From the IMG/VR virus record IMGVR_UViG_2663763509_000001, positions 5,533 through 69,532 of that record: a DNA stretch of 64,000 nucleotides; one strand, given 5' to 3'. The notes beneath the pieces were generated by a model that had not been told where the DNA came from, made no database searches, and worked only from the letters and a program-made list of their open reading frames with translations. Shown piece by piece: positions 21,149 to 30,727 of the stretch. Source of the DNA: a virus (lineage: Duplodnaviria > Caudoviricetes). Each line of letters begins with the position of its first letter. Within the stretch, counting starts at the first letter, position 1. A program made the position numbers and the translations under genes.

Positions 21149-21514
21149 ATGAGAGATACAGATATTACTAATTTGTTTCTAAGTGATATACAAGCAATGT
21201 TAAAACTTATGAAGAGTATTGATTATACTAAAACAGATCACAATACACATCACGAGTTTGTTAAATATATTAACTCTAATACTAAGTATACAATAAAATT
21301 TCATTTACAAGATGATAAAGGTTACTTATCTTGGAATTTTGTTAAACAAAAAAATAAAACATTTATCGGTAGTTTAGAATTAACTGTAACACATAATTTA
21401 GTACTAGTTGATTCTACAACAGTAAAGCTAATACAACAGCATTACACAAATGACCCTAAAACTATACACAAACTATATGATGATATAGTATACTATATGT
21501 CTAATCACGAGTAA
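21149..21514 (+). CDS. Hypothetical early protein
   Basis: ORF with AAGGAG SD. Confidence 0.7.
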   Translation: MRDTDITNLFLSDIQAMLKLMKSIDYTKTDHNTHHEFVKYINSNTKYTIKFHLQDDKGYLSWNFVKQKNKTFIGSLELTVTHNLVLVDSTTVKLIQQHYTNDPKTIHKLYDDIVYYMSNHE

Positions 21515-21673
21515 AAGGATATAATATGTGTAAATCTAAGTTTAATTATCTAGTTAATTATATATGCTCTAGATACGGATTTAATGTTGATAATGTATTA
21601 TGTTATCTAAAACCTTCTAGTTATTACACTGACATATGTGAGCTAGAAAGAGATATATTGCTAGGAGGAGAAA

Positions 21674-21931
21674 ATGAGTAAGATATTAGTATTCTTACTC
21701 CTAACAATCAATTCTAAAGCTTTGATGAGTGATAAACAGTATGAATATTTATCATACTTAGAAGTTACTCTAAAACTAACTGATGTATGCTTAGAACTCA
21801 AAGATACTAAAAATCCAAGCATATATAAACTAATCAAAATTCAATTAGGTTCAAATGGAGTTTATACATATAAAAGTAATCTATATGAACTAATTGACTT
21901 TTGTAAAACTACATTAAATAAAGGAGAGTAA
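21674..21931 (+). CDS. Hypothetical protein with signal-peptide-like N-terminus
   Basis: AGGAGG SD; MSKILVFLLLTINSKA. Confidence 0.65.
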   Translation: MSKILVFLLLTINSKALMSDKQYEYLSYLEVTLKLTDVCLELKDTKNPSIYKLIKIQLGSNGVYTYKSNLYELIDFCKTTLNKGE

Positions 21932-22126
21932 ATGGAATCAATGAAACAGGAAACTAAAGCTATGCTAATACTATTATATGGTATTAGTACAGATACAAGT
22001 AAAGTAGATAGAATGAGTTATATTGAACTAAAAAACTTTAAAAACTATCTAAATAAAGAATACAAACGACTTGCTGTTAAAAAGCAAATAAATAACACTA
22101 TTAGTCAACTAAGGAAAATAAAATGA
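21932..22126 (+). CDS. Hypothetical protein
   Basis: AAGGAG SD; coupled to the previous stop. Confidence 0.6.
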   Translation: MESMKQETKAMLILLYGISTDTSKVDRMSYIELKNFKNYLNKEYKRLAVKKQINNTISQLRKIK

Positions 22127-22412
22127 TTAAACTAATTATTACTAATCCTTACTTTAATATATCTAAGGAAATAGATTGTACTGACTATACTGTAGAAGAG
22201 TTTATACGAACTACTAAAGTATACTCTTCTCATTTTACTATTACTTTACTACGTGAAAACTTTTGATTTTTTCGTATTTTTGCTACTTATACTTCTTATT
22301 CTTCTAAGAACTAATACTTACTAAATTAATTGTCTTGCAGTTGTTTAGATTACTAAGTATTAGTTCTCTTTTTTTTCGTATTTATGAATTAAATTATTAC
22401 AAAGGAGATAAA

Positions 22413-22889
22413 ATGTTTACATTTGAAATTAAAGGTGCTGAGGCTATTCAGGATACTAACTTATTTAGAAAAGTAAAAGTAGGTGATGAGTATAAAACTT
22501 TTAATAGAGAGAACTTTATTAGCTTTATTAAAAACTATTCAGGAATATTAGCTATTTCTGCTTCTCATACTAATATGCAATGGGAAAACAAAGAATATAA
22601 AAGATTATTTAGAAAATCATTTAAATTCAGTAAATTAACTCCAGAAGCATATGCAGAAGTTGAAACTAAATGTTATGAATTAGATTCTTATCTAAAAGAA
22701 ACATATAGTTTAGATGATAGTGATATTATTAATATTGAAGTAGTATTCTTCCCAGATGATGATAGTGCAGAAGACATTCAAGAAGTTACAGTGGAAAAGA
22801 AAACTGTAATAAAAAGAACACAAAAAGGTGTTAAAGCTAAAGATAGTATCTTAAAAGAACTTGATGATAATAAACAATTACCTTTCTAA
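22413..22889 (+). CDS. Early protein with SSB-like acidic C-terminal tail
   Basis: Start moved to ATG 22413 (AAAGGAG SD); ends ELDDNKQLPF. Confidence 0.65.
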   Translation: MFTFEIKGAEAIQDTNLFRKVKVGDEYKTFNRENFISFIKNYSGILAISASHTNMQWENKEYKRLFRKSFKFSKLTPEAYAEVETKCYELDSYLKETYSLDDSDIINIEVVFFPDDDSAEDIQEVTVEKKTVIKRTQKGVKAKDSILKELDDNKQLPF

Positions 22890-22898
22890 ACCATTTAT

Positions 22899-22928
22899 GC
22901 CATTCAAATAAGAATGGCTTATTTTTTT
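22899..22928 (+). terminator. Intrinsic terminator
   Basis: GCCATTC-aaataa-GAATGGC-TTATTTTTTT. Confidence 0.65.
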
Positions 22929-22940
22929 AAAGGAGATTAT

Positions 22941-23249
22941 ATGACAAGAATAGATTTAATGTTTAAAGAAAGAGAAATTAGATCAGAAATACTAAGAAGT
23001 TTTTCTATTGCTTTCTCTGATCTGACTAAAGGTAAAGTAACTAGTTCAGGTATGACCTATGAAGAATTAGGTATAAACAATTATTTTGCTGATGATATAG
23101 GACTAATTACTATAAAATTTAAGAAAAGAAGAATAAATATAAAAGTAGTTCTAAAAGATAATTATATATCATTAGATAACATATATGATATACCATTAGA
23201 TTCAGATATACCTAACAGTATAATGAAATATGTTGAATCACTTATATAA
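22941..23249 (+). CDS. Hypothetical protein
   Basis: ATG 22941 after AAAGGAG. Confidence 0.65.
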   Translation: MTRIDLMFKEREIRSEILRSFSIAFSDLTKGKVTSSGMTYEELGINNYFADDIGLITIKFKKRRINIKVVLKDNYISLDNIYDIPLDSDIPNSIMKYVESLI

Positions 23250-23280
23250 TTATTTTTTCATAAAACTATACGACAAGGTT

Positions 23281-23367
23281 TATACTGAAATTATATTTTA
23301 AGACATAGGTATAGGGATTTTTCAATCACTAGAATATTCAGAAACAAAGGATAATAGGAGAAAAAAA
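23281..23367 (+). pseudogene. Relic of a histidine-kinase-like (GHKL) ATPase
   Basis: Translates YTEIIF*DIGIGIFQSLEY (DxGxGI G1 box) in frame with and just upstream of the STAS gene. Confidence 0.45.
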
Positions 23368-23682
23368 ATGAAAGGAAAACTAGAATATAATTTTGCTAAA
23401 GAATTTACAGAAGAACCTGGACCTAGATTTAGACATCTAGGAAAAAAATCGGGGGAAGAATTTAGAGAAGATGTTTTAAAACCCATGCTTAAAGAATATG
23501 ATTTTATAGATATTGATGGAACTGATATTACTTCATATTTTAACCCGTCTTTCTTATCTGAGGCTTTTGGAGTGCTTGCAGAAGAGCTTGGCGGAAGTGA
23601 AGAGTTGTTGAAAAGGATTAGGTTGTATAGTAGAAAAAATTTAGGATTAGAAGAGAAATTTAAAGAATATATAGATATTTAA
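23368..23682 (+). CDS. STAS-like domain protein (DUF4325-type)
   Basis: FTEEPGPRF...SGEEFREDVL...IDGTD...PSFLSEAFG. Confidence 0.8.
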   Translation: MKGKLEYNFAKEFTEEPGPRFRHLGKKSGEEFREDVLKPMLKEYDFIDIDGTDITSYFNPSFLSEAFGVLAEELGGSEELLKRIRLYSRKNLGLEEKFKEYIDI

Positions 23683-23928
23683 GACTAAATAATGTTAGAA
23701 ATAATTACACTTGGTTCAATTATAGCATTTGCCAAATAGAAGCTTTATAGTATACAAGACTTATTTAGGTTACATTAAAACGTTTTTTCGTTTTTTTCGT
23801 TTACGATTTACTTCGTTGTTTACTATTACTAACAAAAGGAATAAAATGTCAATAAATAATATGATTAAAGATATTGAGAAAGAATTTAAATACATAATAA
23901 AAATATTCACAGAAAGTAAGGAATAAAA

Positions 23929-24558
23929 ATGAACAAAGACATCAATAAACAAGACTTTTTAGTATTAAGAGATATACTAAATACATCTGAAAGATCATCT
24001 TTAAATACAAGATATAAAGAATTTAAAAACTTTAGGTATGTTAGAATAAATAATTTAAAAGTAAAATGTCTAGAGCATAAATACATTAATGACTTTATTA
24101 GGTGTTTAAGAGAAAGAGAAACTAATTATAAAAGTTATAGTTGTTATTCAGAAACTACATTAGGTTCTATAATAACTAAACTATTAGATTACTGTAAGTC
24201 TAATAATATACAAGTAGATAGTGATTTATTAGAACCTTTTAAAAAGAAACCAATAGATAACACTAAATTTGAAGTAAAAGATTCTGATTTAATTCTATTA
24301 AAGGAATTAATACAAGAGCAAAAAGTTAGAAGTGAATTTGTAGAATTCTTTAGAAAGAGAGGGTTAAATAAGTACTTTATACAAAGACAAGGAGTATCTT
24401 ATGTATTTGATATTTACATAGCTAAAAATAAAATACAAGATATGTTAAATGACTATGATACGTTGTACTCATTACTATCTAAACGTGTAGAAAATGCAAA
24501 ACACAATATAGGATACAATAAAATAAAGGAATACTATGATAGGATTATTAACATCTAA
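23929..24558 (+). CDS. Hypothetical protein
   Basis: 209-aa ORF with AAGGA SD. Confidence 0.7.
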   Translation: MNKDINKQDFLVLRDILNTSERSSLNTRYKEFKNFRYVRINNLKVKCLEHKYINDFIRCLRERETNYKSYSCYSETTLGSIITKLLDYCKSNNIQVDSDLLEPFKKKPIDNTKFEVKDSDLILLKELIQEQKVRSEFVEFFRKRGLNKYFIQRQGVSYVFDIYIAKNKIQDMLNDYDTLYSLLSKRVENAKHNIGYNKIKEYYDRIINI

Positions 24559-25270
24559 TATATCTAAATTATTATATAATAATACTAAGGACTTACTCTC
24601 TAACTTAGTACACTATATGGCACATATAGATTTTGTAACAAAGAAAACTACTTACATTGAGTACTATAGAAAACTAAGGGTAGAACACATTAAAGAATGT
24701 AGAAATAAGATTAAAGAAATAGAATCTAAAATATATAACTTATCTAAAATAGAAACAAATGACAGATACTTAAAAAATTTAGTTAGAATGTCTATAAATA
24801 GAGAAAAAAAGAAACTAAATAATTATAAGACTCTAAAAAATAAGTATCCAGAAAGTTATACTAAATACTATAAGAAAACTTATCGCAATACTGTTGTTCT
24901 ACCTTTTTCTGATATGATATCTAAGAATGAAGTAGAAACTATATTAGATTACATAGATTCTATTCATAAACACTTTAGTTTGTACAAATATGGAACTTAT
25001 AAACTATCTCAGGTTATACCTAATAAGAATATTAGAAAAGCATTTCTAGCTGAATTAGGTAGAAGAAACATTACTATCCTTAGAACTCTAAATAAAAGAT
25101 ATAATGATTATATTCTAACATATGATGTGTTAGTTAAACTAATTAATGAGTATAATGATACTAGTAAGATACCTAATTGTAGAGTAGATTACTTGACAGA
25201 TTATGCTATGAGAACTAAAGGATTCAGACAATTAAAAACATTTGTAAAGGAGATTGAATATGCTATTTAG
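24536..25270 (+). CDS. Hypothetical basic protein
   Basis: 244-aa ORF overlapping the previous gene. Confidence 0.7.
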   Translation: MIGLLTSNISKLLYNNTKDLLSNLVHYMAHIDFVTKKTTYIEYYRKLRVEHIKECRNKIKEIESKIYNLSKIETNDRYLKNLVRMSINREKKKLNNYKTLKNKYPESYTKYYKKTYRNTVVLPFSDMISKNEVETILDYIDSIHKHFSLYKYGTYKLSQVIPNKNIRKAFLAELGRRNITILRTLNKRYNDYILTYDVLVKLINEYNDTSKIPNCRVDYLTDYAMRTKGFRQLKTFVKEIEYAI

Positions 25271-25421
25271 AATAATAGTAACAGCTTTAGGTATATTGTT
25301 ATTATACTTATTATTACCTGTACTTAGTACAGCATTCTTAGTTATAAGTGTAGCAATAGTGTTTGCAATACTATTAGTATTAAGTGTACTAAGTATTGTA
25401 GAAAAGATAAGAGATAGTTAG
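25260..25421 (+). CDS. 53-aa hydrophobic membrane peptide
   Basis: AAAGGAG SD; MLFRIIVTALGILLLYLLLPVLSTAFLVISVAIV... Confidence 0.55.
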   Translation: MLFRIIVTALGILLLYLLLPVLSTAFLVISVAIVFAILLVLSVLSIVEKIRDS

Positions 25422-25426
25422 GAGTT

Positions 25427-25798
25427 ATGAAAATGAAAAGATATACCACAGTTTATGAAGAATGTTTAAAACTTTTTATAAAGTTACAAAATAGTAATGA
25501 TGAAGAAAAGTTAAAAATTTATTCTGAAATGATGAGCATTATTAAATCTAATTTCGATACATTAAATACTGTATCTAGTATGGAAAAAATTGAAAAAATG
25601 TTAGATACATATTATGAAACTGAATTAGATGATCCTAAAGGTAATAGTACAATATCTTTGTATGACTTAGTATACCATATAAGGAATATTCAACATATTA
25701 GTAACAAAGAAATAAAACAAGATTGTATAAATAGTATTATTGAACTATATACTACTATATTATTTTTAAAGAAAAAACTAGAAAAAGGAATAGTATGA
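25427..25798 (+). CDS. Hypothetical protein
   Basis: ORF with AGGAG SD. Confidence 0.7.
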   Translation: MKMKRYTTVYEECLKLFIKLQNSNDEEKLKIYSEMMSIIKSNFDTLNTVSSMEKIEKMLDTYYETELDDPKGNSTISLYDLVYHIRNIQHISNKEIKQDCINSIIELYTTILFLKKKLEKGIV

Positions 25799-25857
25799 AA
25801 CTAAAAGATTTCGATTTTATACACGAAAATAGTGAATTAATAAAGGAGATAGAATGA
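25795..25857 (+). pseudogene. Collapsed YopX gene (20 aa)
   Basis: MKLKDFDF-IHENSELIKEIE*: the N- and C-terminal motifs of the neighbouring YopX genes joined directly. Confidence 0.65.
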
Positions 25858-26123
25858 GTTTAGGTGAAGATGCTTATTATGAAATAATATGCAATATAGA
25901 TGCTGAAATTCAAAGGGAATTAGATGAAATCAGAGAATATGATTTTGAAAACGGTATTTGGACTAATGCTAATAAAGATAAGGTTAATTTATTTGAAATA
26001 AATGATAATTACTTTGATAACATTATTAAATATGTTAGATCTAATAAATTAATAGATCCAAATATAATTAATAAAGTTATAAATGAAAGAAACAATAAGT
26101 TTTCGAAAAGAATCGGGAAATAA
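25854..26123 (+). CDS. Hypothetical protein
   Basis: ORF with AAAGGAG SD; WTNANKDKVNLFEINDNY. Confidence 0.7.
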   Translation: MSLGEDAYYEIICNIDAEIQRELDEIREYDFENGIWTNANKDKVNLFEINDNYFDNIIKYVRSNKLIDPNIINKVINERNNKFSKRIGK

Positions 26124-26159
26124 AAAATAAAGGAGAAACAATATTTATAAGGAGTAAAA

Positions 26160-26627
26160 ATGAAACTAAAAGATTTTGATTTTAGGATTTGGGATAATAT
26201 TGAAAAGAAGTATGTTAAATCACCTCATGGTTTATATATTGAAAACACTGAACGCAATGATGCTAGTAACTGTAATCGAATTATAGCAAATTATGAACAA
26301 CGTGCATTTTATATAGATTATCCCTTTAATGATAGAAATAATGAATATTATGATAATGAAGAATCACTTTTGATAGAACTTTTTACAGGACTTTGCGATA
26401 AAAACGGAAATAAGATTTATGAAGGGGATATTTTATATTATTTTAAAGATTGCTCTGAAGGTGAAGTTTTTAAATATCAAGTTCTTTTTAAAGAAGGAGC
26501 TTTCTATTTATTTGAATCTTATGATGGTTTTGTAGATGATGAAGATTTAATTTCTGAATTTGATTTAAAAGAATTACAAGTAATGGGTAATATCCACGAA
26601 AACAAGGAGTTGTTAGAAGGAGAATAA
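26160..26627 (+). CDS. YopX family protein
   Basis: FDFRIWD...FTGLCDKNGNKIYEGDIL...VMGNIHENKELL. Confidence 0.92.
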   Translation: MKLKDFDFRIWDNIEKKYVKSPHGLYIENTERNDASNCNRIIANYEQRAFYIDYPFNDRNNEYYDNEESLLIELFTGLCDKNGNKIYEGDILYYFKDCSEGEVFKYQVLFKEGAFYLFESYDGFVDDEDLISEFDLKELQVMGNIHENKELLEGE

Positions 26628-27068
26628 ATGAAATTAAGCGATTTTGACTTTAGAATTTGGGATAATACTGAAAAGAGATATCTTCATGAAATAGAACTTC
26701 ATAAATATGACAAATCTCCTGTAGAAGCAGGAACTACATTTAATGAAACTGACAGAATTAGTGAAGTAGAGTTTGTAAAGAATAATAATGATTTAGAGAT
26801 AGAGTTATTTACAGGCTACTATGATTACAAAGGTAATAAAATCTATATAGGAGATATTATAGAATGCTTAGTATCTACTAATGAAAAAAATTCAGAAATA
26901 TTTTATGAAATTATTTGTTTTGATATGGAGTTGGGATTGTGTTCTAAATTATCTAATGGAGATGGTGGGTACTTATTTGACCTTCGTAGACATAAAAATA
27001 ATAAAACAATTGAAGATGTATATGTCGTAGGCAATATACATGAAAATAAAGAATTATTGAAAGGATGA
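26628..27068 (+). CDS. YopX family protein (tandem paralog)
   Basis: FDFRIWD...FTGYYDYKGNKIYIGDII...VVGNIHENKELL. Confidence 0.92.
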   Translation: MKLSDFDFRIWDNTEKRYLHEIELHKYDKSPVEAGTTFNETDRISEVEFVKNNNDLEIELFTGYYDYKGNKIYIGDIIECLVSTNEKNSEIFYEIICFDMELGLCSKLSNGDGGYLFDLRRHKNNKTIEDVYVVGNIHENKELLKG

Positions 27069-27146
27069 AGATGAAAATTAGCGAACTTATAAAATCTTTG
27101 GAAGATAATTCAATACTTGCTTATTATTATTTTAAAAGGATTAAAA

Positions 27147-27875
27147 ATGACAGAAATACAATTTAATGAAATCAAAGAAAGACTATCAAAATGGAGAAAT
27201 GATAGACACTTAACTTATAGAAAACAAAGAAATGGTTTTTTAGGTAATGTTTATGAAGAAGTAAGTGAATACTATAGATCTATGAACGAGTATGAACAAA
27301 TAGATGCTTTAATGGATATAATTGTATTTACAGTAAATAGTTTTGATTTTGACTATAAATTAAATGAATATGAAGTAATTTCTACTACTTATTTTACTTC
27401 AGTATTGAACACATTAACTAATATAGCTAGAACTCTTAGAGATTACTATAAGGAAGTTTATAAAATAGAAAACTCAGATTTAGATGATAAAGAAAAAGAA
27501 CTGGAATTAGAAAAAATAGAAAAAGAGTTTAGACCTACATTTCAACAACATGCTTGGTCTATTATTTATGAAGTTAAAGACTTGACTGAGGATTTAGGCT
27601 TTGACTTCTATAAATGTATGCTAGAAACTATTAAAGAAATTGAAAGTAGAACAGGGTATTATGATGAGAAGTTAAAGAAGTTTATTAAAGATGAAGGATA
27701 TTATGATATTACTCATTTAAAAAATGAAATAAAATTACCAAAAACTTATGAAATTATAAATATGATTGAAGAAAAAGATTTATTTTTAGTTAAAATAAAA
27801 ACTCCAAATACAATTTTAACTAACAAATTTAAAAAATGGTATAAAGCTGATTATGAAAGTTGCAGGATAAAATAA
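27147..27875 (+). CDS. MazG-like all-alpha NTP pyrophosphohydrolase
   Basis: EEVSEY...EQIDALMDIIV acidic motif; likely start ATG 27147. Confidence 0.55.
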   Translation: MTEIQFNEIKERLSKWRNDRHLTYRKQRNGFLGNVYEEVSEYYRSMNEYEQIDALMDIIVFTVNSFDFDYKLNEYEVISTTYFTSVLNTLTNIARTLRDYYKEVYKIENSDLDDKEKELELEKIEKEFRPTFQQHAWSIIYEVKDLTEDLGFDFYKCMLETIKEIESRTGYYDEKLKKFIKDEGYYDITHLKNEIKLPKTYEIINMIEEKDLFLVKIKTPNTILTNKFKKWYKADYESCRIK

Positions 27876-27938
27876 TGGAAATAACAGATACAATAGTTAT
27901 TTTATCTATACTTTCTTTCTTAACTTATGTAATTTATT

Positions 27939-28145
27939 CTAAAAGATAGAGTTTTTACTTGCGATAATTGTGGATATGTAGAACATAGAGATATAAATGC
28001 AAGTAAAAATATCTTGGATAGAGGCTTGAAGTCGTTTGGGCTAGGAACTATCCTATTAGACTATAAACAAGAAGCCTTGCGTGTTAGCTGACATTGGTTG
28101 GCTTTAGTAAGGAAGCACCTACTTATAGAAGTAGGTGTGGTTCAC
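27939..28145 (+). mobile_element. tnpB: IS200/IS605-family relic: 3' end of tnpB plus right end
   Basis: LKDRVFTCDNCGYVEHRDINASKNI (Zn finger + RuvC-III), stop at 28091, hairpin CACCTACTT-atag-AAGTAGGTG, terminal TCAC. Confidence 0.85.
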
Positions 28146-28241
28146 TTAGCTACAAAGGATTGATATGAAAAGTAATAACAAATCAAATTACAAAGAAGTT
28201 TATATACGTAATTATGATATTAAACTTCCTAAGGAGTAAAA

Positions 28242-28520
28242 TTGCTAATTACAATATTTGAAAATGAGTATTTAACTGCAATTGATAGAAGAGATATATC
28301 TGATAATTTCTTTGATAGGTACTTAGTAAAGTTTAAAGATCTGTATCCTAATTGTAATGTCTTTATACAACCAAAAGAGATATTACCTAATGGAAAAATA
28401 GAATTTAGATGGTATACAGCAAAAGGTGAATCATTAACTGATTTCATACAGAATCATTTAAATAATGAAATTCAGTTTATAAAAAGTATAAATAATAGTA
28501 GACATAATATAAAGGAATAA
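28242..28520 (+). CDS. Hypothetical protein
   Basis: TTG start with TAAGGAG SD. Confidence 0.6.
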   Translation: MLITIFENEYLTAIDRRDISDNFFDRYLVKFKDLYPNCNVFIQPKEILPNGKIEFRWYTAKGESLTDFIQNHLNNEIQFIKSINNSRHNIKE

Positions 28521-28521
28521 T

Positions 28522-28926
28522 ATGTATAGAAGTGAACCTACTTATCATAATATTTATGGATTTAAAACTATAGACTTAATTGAAAAAGTATTACCTTATA
28601 CAGCAAATAAGGTTATCAATTATAGTATAGGAAAAATGATAGAATATGCCTTAGAAACAGATTGTGTAGATCAACCTATTAGACATTTAGAAATGATTGA
28701 ATGGCATACAAAAAGAATACAGAGTATAAAAGTAGAAAAGGAAAATAATGACATAACACTTGATTTATCTTTATTCAGTGAATTAGATAAAATTAAGTCT
28801 ATGCATAAGTATATGTATTGGTTAGTTGTGAATATTATAAAATATGGATATGATCCTAATGAAGAAAACTTTTTAGGAATAAAAAATTATACTAGAATAG
28901 TAAAAGGATCTTATATAAATGGATAA
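28522..28926 (+). CDS. Divergent DUF3310-like protein
   Basis: EPTYH...GFKTIDLIE...IGKMIEY...HLEMIEWH pattern. Confidence 0.45.
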   Translation: MYRSEPTYHNIYGFKTIDLIEKVLPYTANKVINYSIGKMIEYALETDCVDQPIRHLEMIEWHTKRIQSIKVEKENNDITLDLSLFSELDKIKSMHKYMYWLVVNIIKYGYDPNEENFLGIKNYTRIVKGSYING

Positions 28927-30727
28927 AATAAAAGTAACACTTAAAAACTATACACCATTAGATATAGCAATAGATGCTATTAGAACTTGCTGGGACAGTG
29001 GATGTAAGAAAGATAGTTATTATGAAAATGGTAATTATATTATAGGTAATCAAGATAAAGCATTACTAAATAGAATTATACATCAACATAAACATCATAG
29101 CACAATCGAGCACATGCACTTAAGCTTCTATATAGAAGGAATATCAAGAGCTTGTTATGACGATAAAACAGAAGTTTTAACTAGTAATGGTTTTAAATTA
29201 TTTAAAGATTTAACTAATGGAGATTTAATTGCTACTAGAAACTGGAATGGAACTGTAGAATTTCAAAAACCTTATGACTATATAGAATATGATTATAAAG
29301 GATTAATGCACCATTATAGGAATCAAGTAACTGATTGTTTGGTAACTCCTAATCATAGAATGATGTATAAGAAAGTTAACGTAAGAACTAATAAAGATAA
29401 CATTTATTATATGAAGAGTGAAGATATAAATGTAAATCAAATAAAGTTCTTAAAAACTATGAACTTTATACATAAATCTAATATTCCAGAAGTTATTAAA
29501 ATACCATTTTCTTCATATTATAGAAAAAATAGAAATGGAGAAGAATATTTAGTTGACAAAAACGATTTAGAAATAAAAAAGAATGAGTTTTTAGACTTAC
29601 TTGCTATGTATATTTCAGACGGTATTACAACATACATTAAAAGTGAAAATAAGTACGCTATTTGTATTACAAAACCTTATAAGAAAGACTTAATAAAACA
29701 TATAGTGTCTAATGCAGGATTACATCCAGTAAATAATAAAGACGGTATAAGAATTTACTCAAGACATTTAGGAGTATATTTTAAAAACTTAGGACTTTCT
29801 TATCAAAAATATATACCATTAAATGTATATGATTTTTCTAAAGAGGATGCTATTAGATTTTTAGATTGTTATAGTAAGTTTAACGGTTATAAAAGAAAAG
29901 ATTCTGAAGTATACACAATAACAACAACATCTAAAAAACTAAAAGAGCAATTATATTTATTATGCTTAATAGCAGGATATTATCCTACTATTTATATAAC
30001 AGATAGAGTAGGAAAACATAGTACTATAAAATCTAGTGAACCTAAAGTTAACTACATACTATACTCCATTAGTTACAGTAAAAAAATGTTTAGAAATATA
30101 GAAACAACTATAAAATTATCTAAGCATAGAAAGATATCTGAATATAATGGTAAAGTTTATTGTGTATCAGTACCTAATGGGAATTTATTTGTTAGAAGAA
30201 ATAATAAAGGAATGTGGTGTGGAAATTGTCTTCAAGAACTAGTAAGACATAGAATAGCTAGTTACAGTGTAGAAAGTACTAGATACACTTTAAAGAAACA
30301 TCTAAGAAAGGAGGAAGAGTTTAATAGTTTAAGAGATTTAGACAGAGCTTCTAAGTACGTTGTCTTAACTAAAGATATGGATATTAATGCTAAAATACTA
30401 GATAATCTAAATAATTTACTAGAATTAGTAAAATTAGATAAAAGTAATGATACAATTAAGTACGCGTTACCTGAAGCTTTTAGAACTAATTTAGCATTCT
30501 CAATAAATATGAGAAGTTTAATGAATTTCATAGAGTTAAGAACATCTAAAGCAGCTCTAAAAGAAATAAGAATATTAGCAATGAACATATTTCAATCACT
30601 TCCATGTATTTATAAAGAAGTATTCTTTCCTGAATTACTAAAAAGTGAATTATATGTTGAAATGAAAGAAGAAAACATTAACGAAATAAACAATACAATA
30701 AAAGAAATTGAAAAAGGAGATAAATGA
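28919..30727 (+). CDS. thyX: FAD-dependent thymidylate synthase ThyX with intein
   Basis: HHSTIEH, spliced GISRA|CLQELVRHRIASYSVESTRY, YALPEA, NMRSLMNFIELR. Confidence 0.95.
   Translation: MDKIKVTLKNYTPLDIAIDAIRTCWDSGCKKDSYYENGNYIIGNQDKALLNRIIHQHKHHSTIEHMHLSFYIEGISRACYDDKTEVLTSNGFKLFKDLTNGDLIATRNWNGTVEFQKPYDYIEYDYKGLMHHYRNQVTDCLVTPNHRMMYKKVNVRTNKDNIYYMKSEDINVNQIKFLKTMNFIHKSNIPEVIKIPFSSYYRKNRNGEEYLVDKNDLEIKKNEFLDLLAMYISDGITTYIKSENKYAICITKPYKKDLIKHIVSNAGLHPVNNKDGIRIYSRHLGVYFKNLGLSYQKYIPLNVYDFSKEDAIRFLDCYSKFNGYKRKDSEVYTITTTSKKLKEQLYLLCLIAGYYPTIYITDRVGKHSTIKSSEPKVNYILYSISYSKKMFRNIETTIKLSKHRKISEYNGKVYCVSVPNGNLFVRRNNKGMWCGNCLQELVRHRIASYSVESTRYTLKKHLRKEEEFNSLRDLDRASKYVVLTKDMDINAKILDNLNNLLELVKLDKSNDTIKYALPEAFRTNLAFSINMRSLMNFIELRTSKAALKEIRILAMNIFQSLPCIYKEVFFPELLKSELYVEMKEENINEINNTIKEIEKGDK
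29153..30226 (+). mobile_element. Intein (358 aa) with LAGLIDADG-type domain in ThyX
   Basis: Starts CYDDKTEVLT; VTPNHRM; VYCVSVPNG; ends WCGN; +1 Cys; LAMYISDG, second motif degenerate (FLDCYSKFNG). Confidence 0.9.
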
